In this document: in pieces, positions 48,546 through 61,595 of the stretch
Numbering within the stretch: position 1 is the first letter of the stretch
Layout of the letters: each line of letters starts with the position of its first letter
Origin: Mobula birostris
Taxonomy: Eukaryota
Assembly: GCF_030028105.1 (NCBI RefSeq)
Contig: NC_092374.1
Coordinates: 180,189,487-180,253,486, forward strand
Length of the DNA stretch: 64,000 bases
Direction of reading: 5' to 3'
The notes under the pieces: generated by a model
The model's database searches: none
What the model saw: only the letters and a program-made list of their open reading frames with translations
Told to the model about the DNA's origin: nothing
Program-made: the position numbers and the translations under genes

Positions 48546-49379
48546 AAAGAGCTGGGAAGCCAATTGGTGAAAGAGATAAAGAAAAGGGGGAATTTGATAG
48601 GCAAGTGTAGAAGATAGGGAAGGAAGGGAAGGGTGAGGAACACCACAGGGAGGTGATAGGCAGGTAAGGACTTAAGGTGAGACAGGCAAACAGGAATGGA
48701 AAATGGTGAAGGGGGGGATTCATGCCATCAGGTTGGAGGCTACCCAGATGGAATATAAGGAGCTGCTCCTCCAATCTGAGTGTTGCCTGATTGAGGAGAC
48801 CATGGACTGACATGTTGGAATGGAAACTGTAACTAGAATTGTAATGGGTGGCCACCGGGAAATCGTGTTCAACACAATCATCCATTCAGGACCGATAACC
48901 AAGTTTCAAAACCTGGCCCTCTGCAAATCGATTCTCAGCTTCCTCGATGGGAGACCACAGTTTATTACAGATCGGTAACATCATCTCATCCTCGCTGACA
49001 ATCAATGCTGGCACAGCACAAGGAAGCATACTTAGCCCGCTGCTCTACTCTCTCTTCACTCTTGACTTTGTGGCTCGGCACAGCTCAAATGGCAACTGGA
49101 AATTTGCTGATAACAGCGCTGTTGTCAGAATCTCAGATGGTGATGAAGCAGCAAATGGGGAACAAGATGCTGTAGATCAGCAAGTTGAGTGGTGTTGCAA
49201 CTCAGTGTCAGCAAGACCAAATAATTGTGAACTTCAGGAAGGGGAAGTTGGGAGAACAGTCAGCAGTCCTCACTCAGAGGAAAGGATGGGAGAGCACTTC
49301 CAAGTTCAGGGTGTCAATATCTCATAGGATCTATCCTGGGTTCAGCACATTGTCAGATTCACGAAGACACAACAGCTGC

Positions 49380-50480
49380 TATACTTATACTTTATACTTC
49401 ATTGTCGCCCAACAATTTGATACATACAATCATCACAGCAATATTTGTTTCAGCGCTTCCTGCTCCCTGGATTACAAATCAATAGTAAATATTAAAAATT
49501 TAAATTATAAATCATAAATAGAAAATAGAAAAATGGAAAGTAAGGTAGTGCAAAAAAACTGAGAGGCAGGTCCAGATATTTGGAGGGTACGGCCCAGATC
49601 CGGGTCAGGATCTGTTCAGCAGTCTTATCACAGTTGGAAGGAAGCTGTTCCCAAATCTGGCCGTACGAGTCTTCAAGCTCCTGAACCTTCTCCCAGAGGG
49701 AAGAGGGACGAAAAGTGTGTTGGCTGGGTGGGTCGTGCCCTTGATTATCCTGGCAGCGCTGCTCCGACAGCGTGCGGTGTAAAGTGAGTCCAAGGACGGA
49801 AGATTGGTTTGTGTGATTTGCTGCATCGTGTTCACGATCTTTTGCAGCTTCTTCCAGTCTTGAATGGGACAACTTCCATACCAGGTTATGATGCACCGTA
49901 GAAGAATGCTTTCTACAGTGCATCTATAAAAATTAGCGAGGGTTTTAGGGGACAGGCCAAACTTCTTTAGTTTTCTCAGGAAGTAAACGCGCTGGTGGGC
50001 CTTCTTGGCAGTGGACTCTACTTGGTTGGACCAAGTCAGGCCATTTGTGACATTGACCCCGAGGAACTTAAAGCTTTTGACCTGTTCCACTTGCGCACCA
50101 CCGATGTAAATTGGGTCGTGTGGTCTGCTACTCCTTCTGAAGTCAACAACCAATTCCTTCGTCTTGCTGACGTTGAGGGATAGGTTATTGTCTTCGCACC
50201 ATGCCACCAGGTTCTTAATTTCCTCTCTGTACTCAAACTCATCATTATCCGAGATACGGCCTACAATTGTTGTGTCATCAGCAAACTTATATATTGAGTT
50301 TGATGGAAACTTAGCTACCCAATCATGGGTGTACAGTGAGTACAGCAGGGGCTGAGCCTTGTAGGGCACCGGTGCTCAGAGTGGTGGTAAAGGAGAGCTT
50401 GTCCCCTGTTTTTACAGCCTGGATCCTGTCTGTGAGGAAGTTGAAGATCCAGCTGCAGATCTGAGTGCTAAGGCCCAGGT
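49380..50480 (-). mobile_element. Rex1/Babar RT 3' fragment (254-aa open stretch at 49605-50369)
   Basis: [32 protein letters not shown]. Confidence 0.9.
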
Positions 50481-51279
50481 TCCGGAGCTTAGGAAGCAGT
50501 TTATTATGAGTTTGAGGAGATTTGGTATGTTGCCAAAGACAAATTTTCTATAGATGTACCGTGGAAAGAATTTTTAATAGCTGCATCACAGCCTAGTGTT
50601 GAGGCCTCTGTGCACAGGATCTCAAGAAGCTGCGGAGGGTTACTGACTCCCTCCGGCAGCTCCATCACACGCACGACCTTCTCCATCATCAAGGACTCTT
50701 CTAGAGGTCGTATCTCAAGAAGGCTTCGTCCATCACTAAGGGCTCTCCCCATCTGTCAGTGCCCTCGTCTCATTACTATTATCAGTACAGGAGCCTGAAG
50801 CCCCAAACACAACAGCTTCTTCCCCTCCTCCATCAGATTTCTGAATGGTCCATGAGCCCTACCTCACTATTCCTTTCCTTCCTTTATTTACTTCTGTGAT
50901 TTACGGATTCTTGTCTTTGCGCTGTACTGCTCCTGTAAAACTACAAATTTCATGTGTTAATGATAAAGCACTGATTCTGCGTATGTGCCTTGACCTGTCG
51001 CTTAGTGTGTGTTGGTGTCTCTCAGTGTGTGTACTGGTATATGTCAGTGCGTGTGTTTTTGTTGGTGTATGTTAGTGTGTGCATTGTGTGGTGTCTGTGC
51101 ATGTGTTCATGTGTTGGCTTCTGTCAGAGCGTGTGTGTGTGTGTGTGTGTCTATCTGTCGGTCTGTTCGCCTGTCAGTCTATTTCGATGTGTCAGTGTGA
51201 CAGGGACAGCGTGTCTGTGTCTCGGTGTGTTAGTATGTGTGACAGTGCGTGTGTACTGGGTTATGGTCAGGGAGCATGT

Positions 51280-52060
51280 CCTTGTAACTCGGGCCCGGCT
51301 GTCCGCCGCGAAGCGCTGCGGCCACTGCGCTCCGCCCCTCCGGGAGCCGATCTTCGCCACTCCCACCTCCCTCCTCGTCGCCCCAGCACCGTTTCCTCCT
51401 CAGTGTGTGAGAGAGGACGCGGGTAGCTTCTGTGCAGCGCCTGCCCGACAGCTCTTCTGCAGTGCTGTTGAAAGAGAGAGAGAGAGCAGGAGTCGGGGAC
51501 CTCTGCAGGGACTGAGTTTGCTGACAGTTTTCAGGAGGTTATCTCACTCTCTCTGCAACTCTCTGATCAGATGAGAGCCGAACTAGACAGGAGTGTGCTG
51601 ACGCCACTTTGAAGAGCGGGGCAGGGAGTCCCGGGCTGATGTCCCGCCGGAGGAAGACAGTGGCTGCTGTTACCATGAAGGCTCCGGGACCCGGGCAGGG
51701 TTAGCCGGACTCATCAGCCGGCTCGGGCAGAGGAGGAGAGGTTGCCAGACCCCGGAGGAGTCTGGGTAGGGTCCTGCTGCCCCGGGACACCTCATGCTGG
51801 CTCGAACGGTCCGTCACCTCCTGGACGGGGTGAAGCTAGAGCTGTCGGGGGACCCCGACGTGGTGCTGAGCGGCTACAGGGCGAGGGACCCGGACCAGGA
51901 GACACCGCTGGTAAGTTTCGGGCACCTGCACATTTTCCGCGGACAGAGCCGTGGATGGGAGGATGGTGGTGGGTGGGGGGGCGCGGGTGAGTAGAGACAT
52001 GGGTCTCTCTCGGCCCATCCACATCCTGTTCAGAAGAGCATAGCTCGTCTCCGCCCCGCG
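51280..52060 (+). promoter_or_regulatory. RGL2: CpG island, promoter and 5' leader of RGL2
   Basis: Sharp rise in CpG and GC content, a GC box CCGCCCC at 51332-51338, and it precedes the RGL2-like ATG. Confidence 0.8.
51794..51910 (+). CDS. RGL2: Ral guanine nucleotide dissociation stimulator-like 2, first coding exon
   Basis: MLARTVRHLLDGVKLELSGDPDVVLSGYRARDPDQETPL|gtaagt (phase 0). Matches the human RGL2 N-terminus as I recall it (MLPRPLRLLLD...VVLSSFRSRDP) and RalGDS (WDAVRLEV...VVL...DPD). RGL2 is an MHC-region gene. Confidence 0.8.
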
Positions 52061-52100
52061 GTCTGCAATGTTCCACAGAACCCGGAATCCACCACCCCCA

Positions 52101-52134
52101 CCCCAACCCCAACCCCAACCCCAACCCCAACCCC
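52101..52134. repeat. (CCCCAA)5 CCCC repeat
   Basis: Direct reading. Confidence 0.9.
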
Positions 52135-54229
52135 GGATCATCGGTGTCCCCTCCCTCAGGAACAGAGGGTCACTGTCTTTCGAGATACCTTACAACGGTC
52201 CCACGGACCCCCCCCCCCCCACACACACACACACACAGGCACACAACGGCTCACCCTGTCACTCTGTGACACTCGGATTCTCTGGCTGTTAGTCTCTCTC
52301 GCTGTCACTCTCACTGTCTCTCATACCCATTATTTCCAACACCCTTTATTGTACAACGGTGCCAAGACCCTTTATTGTACAACGGTGCCTCCACATCCAG
52401 ACGAGATGAGTGCAGTTCATCCCTCCCCCGGTGCTGCCACTTCCACATCTGTTACCCCACCCGCACGTAAGTACCTCCCTAGAACTCCTCCACAAAACTG
52501 TCTTGTGCTGTGGAACGTGTTCCCCAGAACCCTGTGCTGACTGACCTGGTTAGGCTTCGCCGTTATATTAAAGCTCCCCACCCTAGTGTTCAGTTCCCTC
52601 ATAGTCTCCCTTTATATGGCACCACCTTGTAACCCTGAGGTAACTGCCCTCAGGTCGTGGCCTCAATTTTCCAGCGTGTTGCTGGGGAGGTGAGAGAGGG
52701 TGAGGAGAGATTTCAAAGGGGCTCAAATTCCTCTTATTGACGGCATGCAGGGGGGAAAGTTGTTGCCACTGACTCAGTGGGTGGATCTTGCTGGGCTGCG
52801 GAGACACTGGATCAATTGCAAGACCTTTTACTGAGGCAGCTATTGCTGTTCTGGATGCCTGAAGCAAGGCCCAGTAGGAACTCTTGAAAAATGGAACTGG
52901 GTTATGTGAAGCACAAGGGCAGCATCTAAAAGGACAAATTGTTCTGTAGACTCAACCAGCTCCATGATAGGTGCTAGCCTCTCCACCATCAAGGGCATCT
53001 TCAAAAGGCAATTGCTCTAAAGGCAGTGGAGGACCCCCACTCCCAGGATATGCCCTCTTCTCATTACTACCATCAGGAAGGTGGTGCACACTCAACTCCT
53101 GTCCAGATTTCAGAACCCAGACGGTGCACCCACGAACATTTGTCCGTTATGTGCCCTGTCATATGATGTAGGTGATCATGGTCTTTCCATGATGATGATT
53201 GTTTGGCAATGTTTTCTACTTAAGTGGTTTCCCATTGCCAGCTGCTGGTACGCCCATCCACCACCCGCTGCCGTGGCTTCACGTGACCCTGATCAAAATG
53301 GGGGGGGGGGGCTAAACAGGTGCTACACCTTGCTCAAGGTGACCCGCAGGCCAGCAGAGGGAAGGAGAGCTTTGTATCTCCTTTGATGGAAACGTATCTC
53401 CACCCCACCACTTGAACATTATCTTACTATTTTTGCTCCCTTTCTGCACTATGTATTTAATCTTAATCCACAAAATAACAAATTTCATGACATATATCAC
53501 TGATGATGAACCTGATTCTGAACAAGAGATAGCTGGGAACCTATTGAAACCTAAAAGTCTAGGGCTGGAAAGACTCAGCAGGTCAAGCAGTATCTGTGGA
53601 GAGAGAAACGGAGCTAACATTTCAGGTCAAATGTGGAAAGACTCTGTGGAGAGGGGAACAGAGTGGATCTTCCATATCCCAGGAAAGTGAAAAAGCAAGT
53701 TATTTTTCAAGAACGGAGGGTAGGACTAAGGGAACATCTCTGATAGGGTCAGATTGGCATTGGAATCTCATACTGGTGCTTTGTTTGGGAAAAGTCTTGC
53801 TAACACCAGGGCAGAAGGGCAGAGTCTGACTGTGTTGACAGGGGGTGAAGTAATCGGGCTGTTGATTTAAGGAGTCAGAACCAACACAGTGGCTTCTGGG
53901 CCCATCGTTCATAGTGGCCAACCCCTTTGTCCTCATAGGAGACTATTGCTGCATGCAGCCCATAGATAAGGGGACCACGTTCGTATGGGGCTGATCTCAC
54001 TAACACCGAGGTCCCAGCTCCCCTGTGACGAAAGCCAACTTGTCCTTTCTTAATCGTGCACAGTACCTCATATACTTAGCCTCTCCCACAGTGTAGTTGG
54101 CCATTTGGCCTGTTGAGACTATGCCAGCCCTCAGCGTGATCCCTTCAGCTGCTGTGTTCTGTTCTGTATGAGGGAAATCAGGACCTTCTCAGCACCACCA
54201 TCGAGACGTCACACTGTTTAAATAATATA

Positions 54230-54720
54230 CAGAAGTGGCACACTAGAGGAGGTTTACAAGATGAAGCCAAGAATGAAAGGGTTAATGTATGACGAGCACT
54301 TGATGGCTATGGCCTGTATTTGCTGAAGTTTAGAAGAATGAAAGGAGGATCTCATTAAAACCTATTGAATATTGAAGGTAGAGTGGATGTCGAGAGGATG
54401 TTTCCAATAGTCTGGGATCAGAGAGCACAGCTTCAGAATAGAAAGACATCCTTTCAGAACAGAAATAATGAGGAATTTCCTTAGTTAGAGGGCGGTGAAT
54501 CTGTGGAATTCATTGTCACATTTGGCTGTGAAGACAAGTCATTGGGTATTCTTAAAGCAGACTTTGGTAGGTTCTTGATTAGTAAGGGTGTCAGAGGATA
54601 TGAGGAGAAGGCAGGAGAGTGGGATTGAAAGGGGAAATAAATCAGTTATGATTGAATGGTGGAGCAGGCTTGACTGGCTGAATGCCCAACTCCGCTTCTG
54701 TGTTTCATGGTCTTGAAGAT
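54230..54720 (+). mobile_element. CR1 3' fragment
   Basis: 'gcctgtatttgctgaagtttagaagaatg...gaatctgtggaattcattgtcaca'. Confidence 0.75.
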
Positions 54721-56467
54721 CAGAGCGGACTTGGTGGACCAAGTGGCCTTCTGTGCTGTAGTGACCATCAACTCTTTAAATCCATTTTGTTACATTGAAA
54801 TTACAACTGCTGACTGGTAAAACTTACCATAAAAACCACATTCAAAGAATGTTAAGAAAGAAAGGACTCGCGTTGTTCCAGAGGATTTTTCGCGATCAAA
54901 CTGCTGTCAGTGAGGTCACTGTCGTGGTGTAGGAACTGCAGGGGCTAATTTGTACACAGCAAGATCCAATATCTTCAGGACCAGATCAGCTATATTACTA
55001 ACACTGTTGGGGGATAACCATCAGTGGAAAGGACCTGTAGTAACGCACTGTTTGAAGTAAGCCTGAGGGTATGGACCTTTCTTGTAAATTCATTTAGGGA
55101 CAGCACCCTGACTCTGCTGTGCTGGTGGGATTCGATGGCTCTAGCCTCGGGGACAGAATGCCAAATTCCCATTGCTCTGCAGGCTATTCTTTGTATGTGG
55201 CTTCAGTGGGTTGTCCATTGAAAAGGTACCAGGCAAGCCATTGCACATTGGTCTAAAAAGGCTCAGGAAACAGCTTTGTCAGTGGTCTTGGCTAAAGAGT
55301 TAAACTATTTATTTTAAGACAGCAAGCAGTCACTACTGATGCTATATTAATGCACCAAGCAGTATAACACTCGTTAGTTCACTTATAAAGGGGAAGTTTA
55401 GATTTCCTATAACACTGCAGCTTGTAACTTTATTTTTAATTTTCTGTTCACTGTCAGTGGGACAGTTCTGCATGTTGTCGTTTAACCAGTTGACATAACA
55501 GGGAAGTCCATTTGATAGGCTCACCTGCAGGCACCCCTAGACAATGAGCCTTTATACAAATAGGCTGCTCTAACAGCTGGATGTCAACACTGTTTAACCA
55601 CAGACGTTCACACTCATTTCCCTGTAATGGGCAGTTCCTCAAAGACTGACATTGAAGTCAGTCTTTAGGGGGGGGGCAGAACTGTGCTGTGACTGGGGTA
55701 AGCGAAGGGGATAGGTTGGTACACAAGTTTTGTGCCATTTACTTCTCTTTCAACTTGAGGGGAAGAGGAGACATCCAGACCCTTCATCCACTGGGACAGG
55801 ACTCACCTTCTCCTGCTGAAGGGTCCTGGCCTGACATATTCATTCTTTACCCGTTTCTATAGGTGCTGCTTGATGTACCAAGTTCCTCCAGCATTTTGTG
55901 TGTGTTTATCCACCCTCTCTGCCTACCTTAGTGTCATGTTCCAAATGCTTAGGAACACACAGCAACAGAGTCAACAGTTTCTACCCCGCTGTTATCAGAC
56001 TTTTGAATAGACCTCTTGTACAGTAAAGAAAAACTCCTGATCTGTCAGTTTAAATCATCGTAGGCCTTGCCTCCGTATTGCCTGCCCGCACTGCACTTTC
56101 TCTGTAACGCGATATTCTGCTATCTACTTTCCTCTCGCTGCTTTGATATACTGATGTATGCCGAGATCTGTCTGGATGACATTCAAAACCAAAGCATTTC
56201 CACTGTATCTTGGGTCATAAGACAATAATAAATCAGTGACCAAACAAAAAGGTGGGGGGGGGGGAAATCAAGGTGAAGTTCTCCACTTTGAGATAGAAAA
56301 CAGGAACAGCATATTGTTTATAAGGTCATGGGATCAAACAGCACAGAAACAGGCCCTTCAGCCCACTATGTTCATGTCGACTCTTTTACTCATCTCCACT
56401 TTATCCTATTTTCCCTCATTTGGACTATGTATTTCTATACCTTGCCTATATAAGAGTCTGTCTAAAT

Positions 56468-56546
56468 CAGGGGTTCCCAACCTTTTTGTGCCATGGACCA
56501 ATACCACTAAGCAAGAGGACTGTGGGCCCCAAGATGGGAACCCCTG
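56468..56546. mobile_element. 79-bp hAT MITE
   Basis: CAGGGGTTCCCAA ... GATGGGAACCCCTG. Confidence 0.75.
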
Positions 56547-56549
56547 GCA

Positions 56550-58880
56550 TGTTTCTTAAACCTAGTATTTATATTTAATTCCTCTGTCAGTGCATTCTAG
56601 ATATCAGCCACTCTGTTCACAAAAATCTTACCCCTTTTAATTTATTTCCCCTAACCTTAAGCCAATGTGCTCTTGTTTTTGATACCTCTACCACGAGAGA
56701 AGGATACTGACTCTCTACCCTACCTATGCCTCTCATAATCTTATGCCCCTCAGCCTCCTTCACTCCAGGGAAATTGAGTCCAGCCTGTCCAATCTCACCC
56801 ATCACTCGTCCTCCAATCCAGGCAACATCCTGGTGAATCTCCTCTGCAATCGCTCCAATACAACTCCATCCTTGCAGTGTTAGATTGGGAACTGCAGACG
56901 CACATAGAGTCTTGGATATTCCTGTAATAGCAGTCACCCAAAGGAAATACGCAAGTACACCAAGTATTAAAGAAGACCGTAAGACATAGGAGCAGAATTA
57001 GTCCATTCAGCCCATCGAGTCTGCTCTGGCATTCCATCATGGCTGATCCAGGACCCCACTCAACCCCATACACCTGCCTTCTCAGCATATCCTTTGATGC
57101 CCTGACCCGATCAGGAAACGATCAACTTTCACTTTAAATATACCCAAGTGTGGACTTGGCCTCCACCACAGTCTGTGGCAGAGCATTCTACAGATTCACT
57201 ACTCTTTGACTAAACAAATTCCTCCTTATCTCTGTTCCAAAGGGTCGCCCCTCAATTTTTAGGCTGTGCCTTCTAGTTCTGGACACCCCACCATAGGAAA
57301 CATCATGTCCACATCCACCCTATCTAGTCTTTTCAAGATTTGGTAGGTTTCAATGAGATCCCCTTGTATCCTTCTAAATTCCAGTGAGCACAGTGAAGAC
57401 AAGTGACGAGTTGATTTTCATATCAAGAAGATTTAAAGTCATAGAATACTACAGCACAGAATCAGGCCCTTCAGCCCATCTCATCCATGCCTTTTGTGTG
57501 TAGGGGAGTGGGAATTTGAGTACCGATGCAAAACCTCTGGCCAGCATTATATGGGGACACACTGGGAGTACAGTGTACAGCTTGGGTCTCCTTAACTAAG
57601 AGAAGTTATTAGAGGGAGGGCAGTGAAGTTTCACCAGACTGGTTCCAGTGCATGTGAAGAGAGAGTGAGTCAACTGGCCAGTATTCACTGGAGTTGGGAA
57701 GAATGTGATGGGATGGTACATTTTCAGTAACGTGAGAGTCTCAGTCTTTTCTCTCTGGAGCAGAGGAAGTTAAGAGGGGTTGTGACTGAGATGTGTAAAA
57801 CTGGGGGTTGTAGTTAGTGTAGGTTGCAGAAATCTGCCTCCTCTCAGAGGCAGAGGACATAGATCTAGGGTAAGGGAGAAGAGATTTGGTGGGAATTTGG
57901 GGGAATCTTCTTCACACAAAGAGTGATGAGTACCTGGAGCACACTGCTGGAGAGAGTGAATGTAGAGCATTACTGCACAGTTCAAGCCCTTTGGCCCACG
58001 AAGCTGTGCCAACATTTTAACGTGCTCTAAGATTGATCTCCCCTTCCCTCCTATATAACCATTCATACTTTTATTATTCATGTGGCTAGCTAAGAGATTC
58101 TTAAATGCCCTCAATGCATCTGCCTCTACCACCGCCCCTGGCAGACTTGGATTGTCCAGGCGTGGAAGGCGATGGACCAAGTGCTGGGAGGTGGGTTGAA
58201 TGTGGATGGGTGCTCAGTAGTTGGCATCGACGTGTTGGGCTGAATGTCCTGGTGGAGGCCGTTACAACAAAACGAGGGGTTCACACTTAGGAGTACCCGA
58301 TAAGGCACTTGGGAGTGAGATGGGGAGAAAAGCATCTTCAACATTTCGGTATGGCTTCTTCCCCTCTGTATTCACATACATCGCATTTCCGATCTTTCTG
58401 TGAACGCCACTTCACTATCCCTCTTTTGCAGTACTCATTTATTTTTATTGTAACTTATAGTAATTTTTATGTTTTGCATGGTACTGCTGCCACAAATCAA
58501 CAAATTTTATGACAACGAGTATACCAGTAATATTAAATGGAATTCTGATTCTGAACCAGAATTTCTAGCTGTGACCAAGTGTGTAAGGACCAGGGTGTGT
58601 AGCCACAGAACAGAGGGACATCCCTTTGGAATGGAGATGAGGAGGAATTTCTTTAGTCCGAGGGTGGTGAATCTGTGGAACTCATGGCGACAGATGGCTG
58701 TGGAGTCCAAGTCACGGGATATATTTAAAGCTGAAGGTGATGGGTTCTTGTTTAGTAAGGGCATCAAGGATTATGGGGAGAAGGCCGGAGAATGGGCTTG
58801 AGATGGGTAACAAATCAGCCATGATGGAATGGTGGAGCAGACTCAATGGGCCAAACGGCCTAATTCTGATCTTGTGTCTT
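56550..58880. mobile_element. Cluster of CR1 3' fragments, mixed orientation
   Basis: Repeated CR1 3' RT and tail segments (e.g. 56620-56940 minus, 56975-57390 minus, 58560-58880 plus). Confidence 0.7.
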
Positions 58881-59097
58881 ATGGGTTTCCCTGGAGGCCT
58901 CCGGTTTTCCCCACATGACAAAGATGTGTGGGTCGTGGGGTTAACTGGCTGCCGTAAATTACCCCTGGTGTTAGAATGGTGGGAGAGTTGATGGGACTGT
59001 GGGGAGAATAAAATGGATTGTTGTAAATGGATGGTCAGTACGGATTTGGTGGGCCAACGGTCCTGTTCCCGTGCTTTCTCTCTCGATGACTCCAGAT

Positions 59098-59177
59098 CAG
59101 GGGTTCCCAACCTGGGGTCGATGGGCTCCTTGCTTAATGGTAATGGTCCCTGGCATGAACAAGGTTGGAAACTCCTC
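59098..59177. mobile_element. 80-bp hAT MITE
   Basis: TIR CAGGGGTTCCCAA and near-matching 8-bp flanks CTCCAGAT/TTCTAGAT. Confidence 0.75.
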
Positions 59178-60859
59178 TTCTAGATCGAGGTGAACTTTCC
59201 TAAAGGACTCGGTCATCCTCACCCGGCATACTGTGACCTGTTCTGGGAAAGAAGCAAAGGCTCTGGAGAGAGTGCGGGAGAGAGCAATGGAATCGGTTCC
59301 AGGGATGAGGACGTGGAGAGAGCGGACGGGATGCTGGAACAGGGACGGTTGAGAGGAGACCTCTTGATTTACAGATCGAGGGAGACAGTTCCTGTCGGCG
59401 AGTGGCCAGTGCCAGAGGATAAAGGAAAGGAGATTGTGGGGAGGGTGGGCAGCATTTCAGTCTGACGACTGTAAAGGTGGGTGGGGAGTGGACGCGGGTT
59501 TGATGGTGCTGTTTGAAGACAGCTGTACACGTGGCTAAGTGTCAGTATCTGGGATTCATTTCTGGTAGCTGTTTGGGTTCCTGATAGCCACCAACCATTG
59601 TCTCCCATCTTCAACCTTGTCCCCACACCCCCCACCTTGCTCTGTCTGTTCTCCCCCTCCCCCTCTCATTCACTAACCATAGTCTCCCAACTTCACCCCC
59701 GCTTCCCCTCTCCAACCTGGCACAATCTGCCAGTTACCCTGCACCCCTCCTCAGTCCCCCGATCACCTTCCTTGCCTCTCCCTTTCTCCCCTCTGTGCTG
59801 GCAATCTTCCCTCTCTGCTGTCAGTCCTGATGCTAGGTCTCACGCCAAACATTGTCGATTCCTTTCCCACCACAGATGGTGCTTGACCTGCTGAGTTCTT
59901 TCAGCAGATTGGGTGTTGCTGCACCCTCCAGTATCTGCAGTCTCTTGTGTCTCCGGGGTAATGGGATCAGCTGGGTTGGTTTTGCCTTGAGCTAGTACAA
60001 GCTGAAGGGAATGAATGGCTTCTTGTGCAGTGATCTGCCTGTGACTCTGAACTTTCGAAGGTACTGTGATTCAGATCCGAGAGGGTCACTGATCTACGCT
60101 CTTGCACGAATGCACGCACTCCCTCTCTGTTTCCTTTCCCTTCCCCCACCCTACATCTCCCGGCTGCTAGCTCCATAGTTTGTTTTAACCGATGACCTTG
60201 ACCTCTGCGTGGAGAAAACAATGGAGCACAGGATATTGTTTGAACAGACACAAAGTGGCTGTTACTGTACTGAGTGTCACCATGGAGAGAGATTAAGTGC
60301 ATGCATCTGAATTAAGGGAAGGAGTTAGAATCCAGATTCCTCTCCAACTCTATTGTCAAGGTCATTCTGCGCTGAGATGTGATTTTAATGAGTCAATTTG
60401 TTGTTCGATTTTTATCTAAGTGACTAAATGTCATCAACAGCATTTTTCCACCCTTTGTAGCTTCCATCCAGCTTGTGGATTTGGCCCAGTACATGGGTAA
60501 AGCCCTCCCAACCTTTGAGCACATACATGGATATGAAATGCTGCCATAGGAAAGCAGCATCCATCATCAGAGATCCCCACCCCCCAGGCCATGTTCTTTT
60601 CTCACTGCTGCCATCAGGTAGAAGGTGCAGGAGCCTCAGGACCCGCACCACCAAGTGCAAGAACAGTTACTACCCCTCAACCATCAGACTCTTGAACAGA
60701 AGAGGATAACTACACTCATCCATTGAGATATTCCCACAACTCTGGTTGATCTTTCATTGATCCTGTTTACAGTTACTATTCTATAGATTTGCTGAGTATG
60801 CCCACAGCATAAAGAATCTTGGGGTTATATGTGGTTGAAGAAATAAATGCGCAGAATAT

Positions 60860-61595
60860 TTTCTAAATGGGGACAAAATCCAAAAATCTGAGATGCAAAG
60901 GGACTTGGAAGTCCTTGTGCGGAACAACCTAAAGGTTAACTCGCATGTAGAGTTGGTGGTGAGGAAGGCAGATGCAATGTTAGCATTCATTTCAAGGGGT
61001 CCAGAATACAACAGCAGGGATGTGATGCTGAGGCTTTATAAGGCACTGGTGACGCCTCACCTTGAGTATTGTCAGCAGATTTGGGCTCCTCATCAAAGAA
61101 AAGATGTGCTGGTATTGGAGATGTCATCAGAGGTGGGTCACAAGGATGATTCCGGGAATGAAATATGAGGCACTTTAGATGACTCTGGGCCTGTACTCAC
61201 TGGAATTTAGGATGAGGGGGGATCTCTTTGAAATCTTACAAAATTTGAAAGGCCTAGACGGAATAGATGCGGAAAGGATGTTTTCCAAGGGAGTCCAGGC
61301 ACAGCCTCAGGATTGAGGGTCATCCATTTAAAACGGAGATGTAGAGAAATTCCTTTAGCTAGAGGGTGGTAAATTTGTGGAATCTATTACCCCAAGAAGA
61401 TGTGGAGGCCAGGTTGGGTGTACTTAAGGCAGAGGTTGATAGATTCTTGATCGGGCATGGCATGAAAGATTACAGGCAGAAGGCCGGGGAGTGGGGCTGA
61501 GGAGGGGGACTAAAAAGTACCAGCCATGATTGAATGACGGAGCTGACTCGAAGGGCCAAATAGCCTAATTCTGCCCCTATGGCTTATGGTCTAAC
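60860..61595 (+). mobile_element. CR1 RT 3' fragment
   Basis: QRDLEVLV...KADAMLAFISRG..LRLYKALVTPHLEYCQQIWAPH. Confidence 0.85.
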
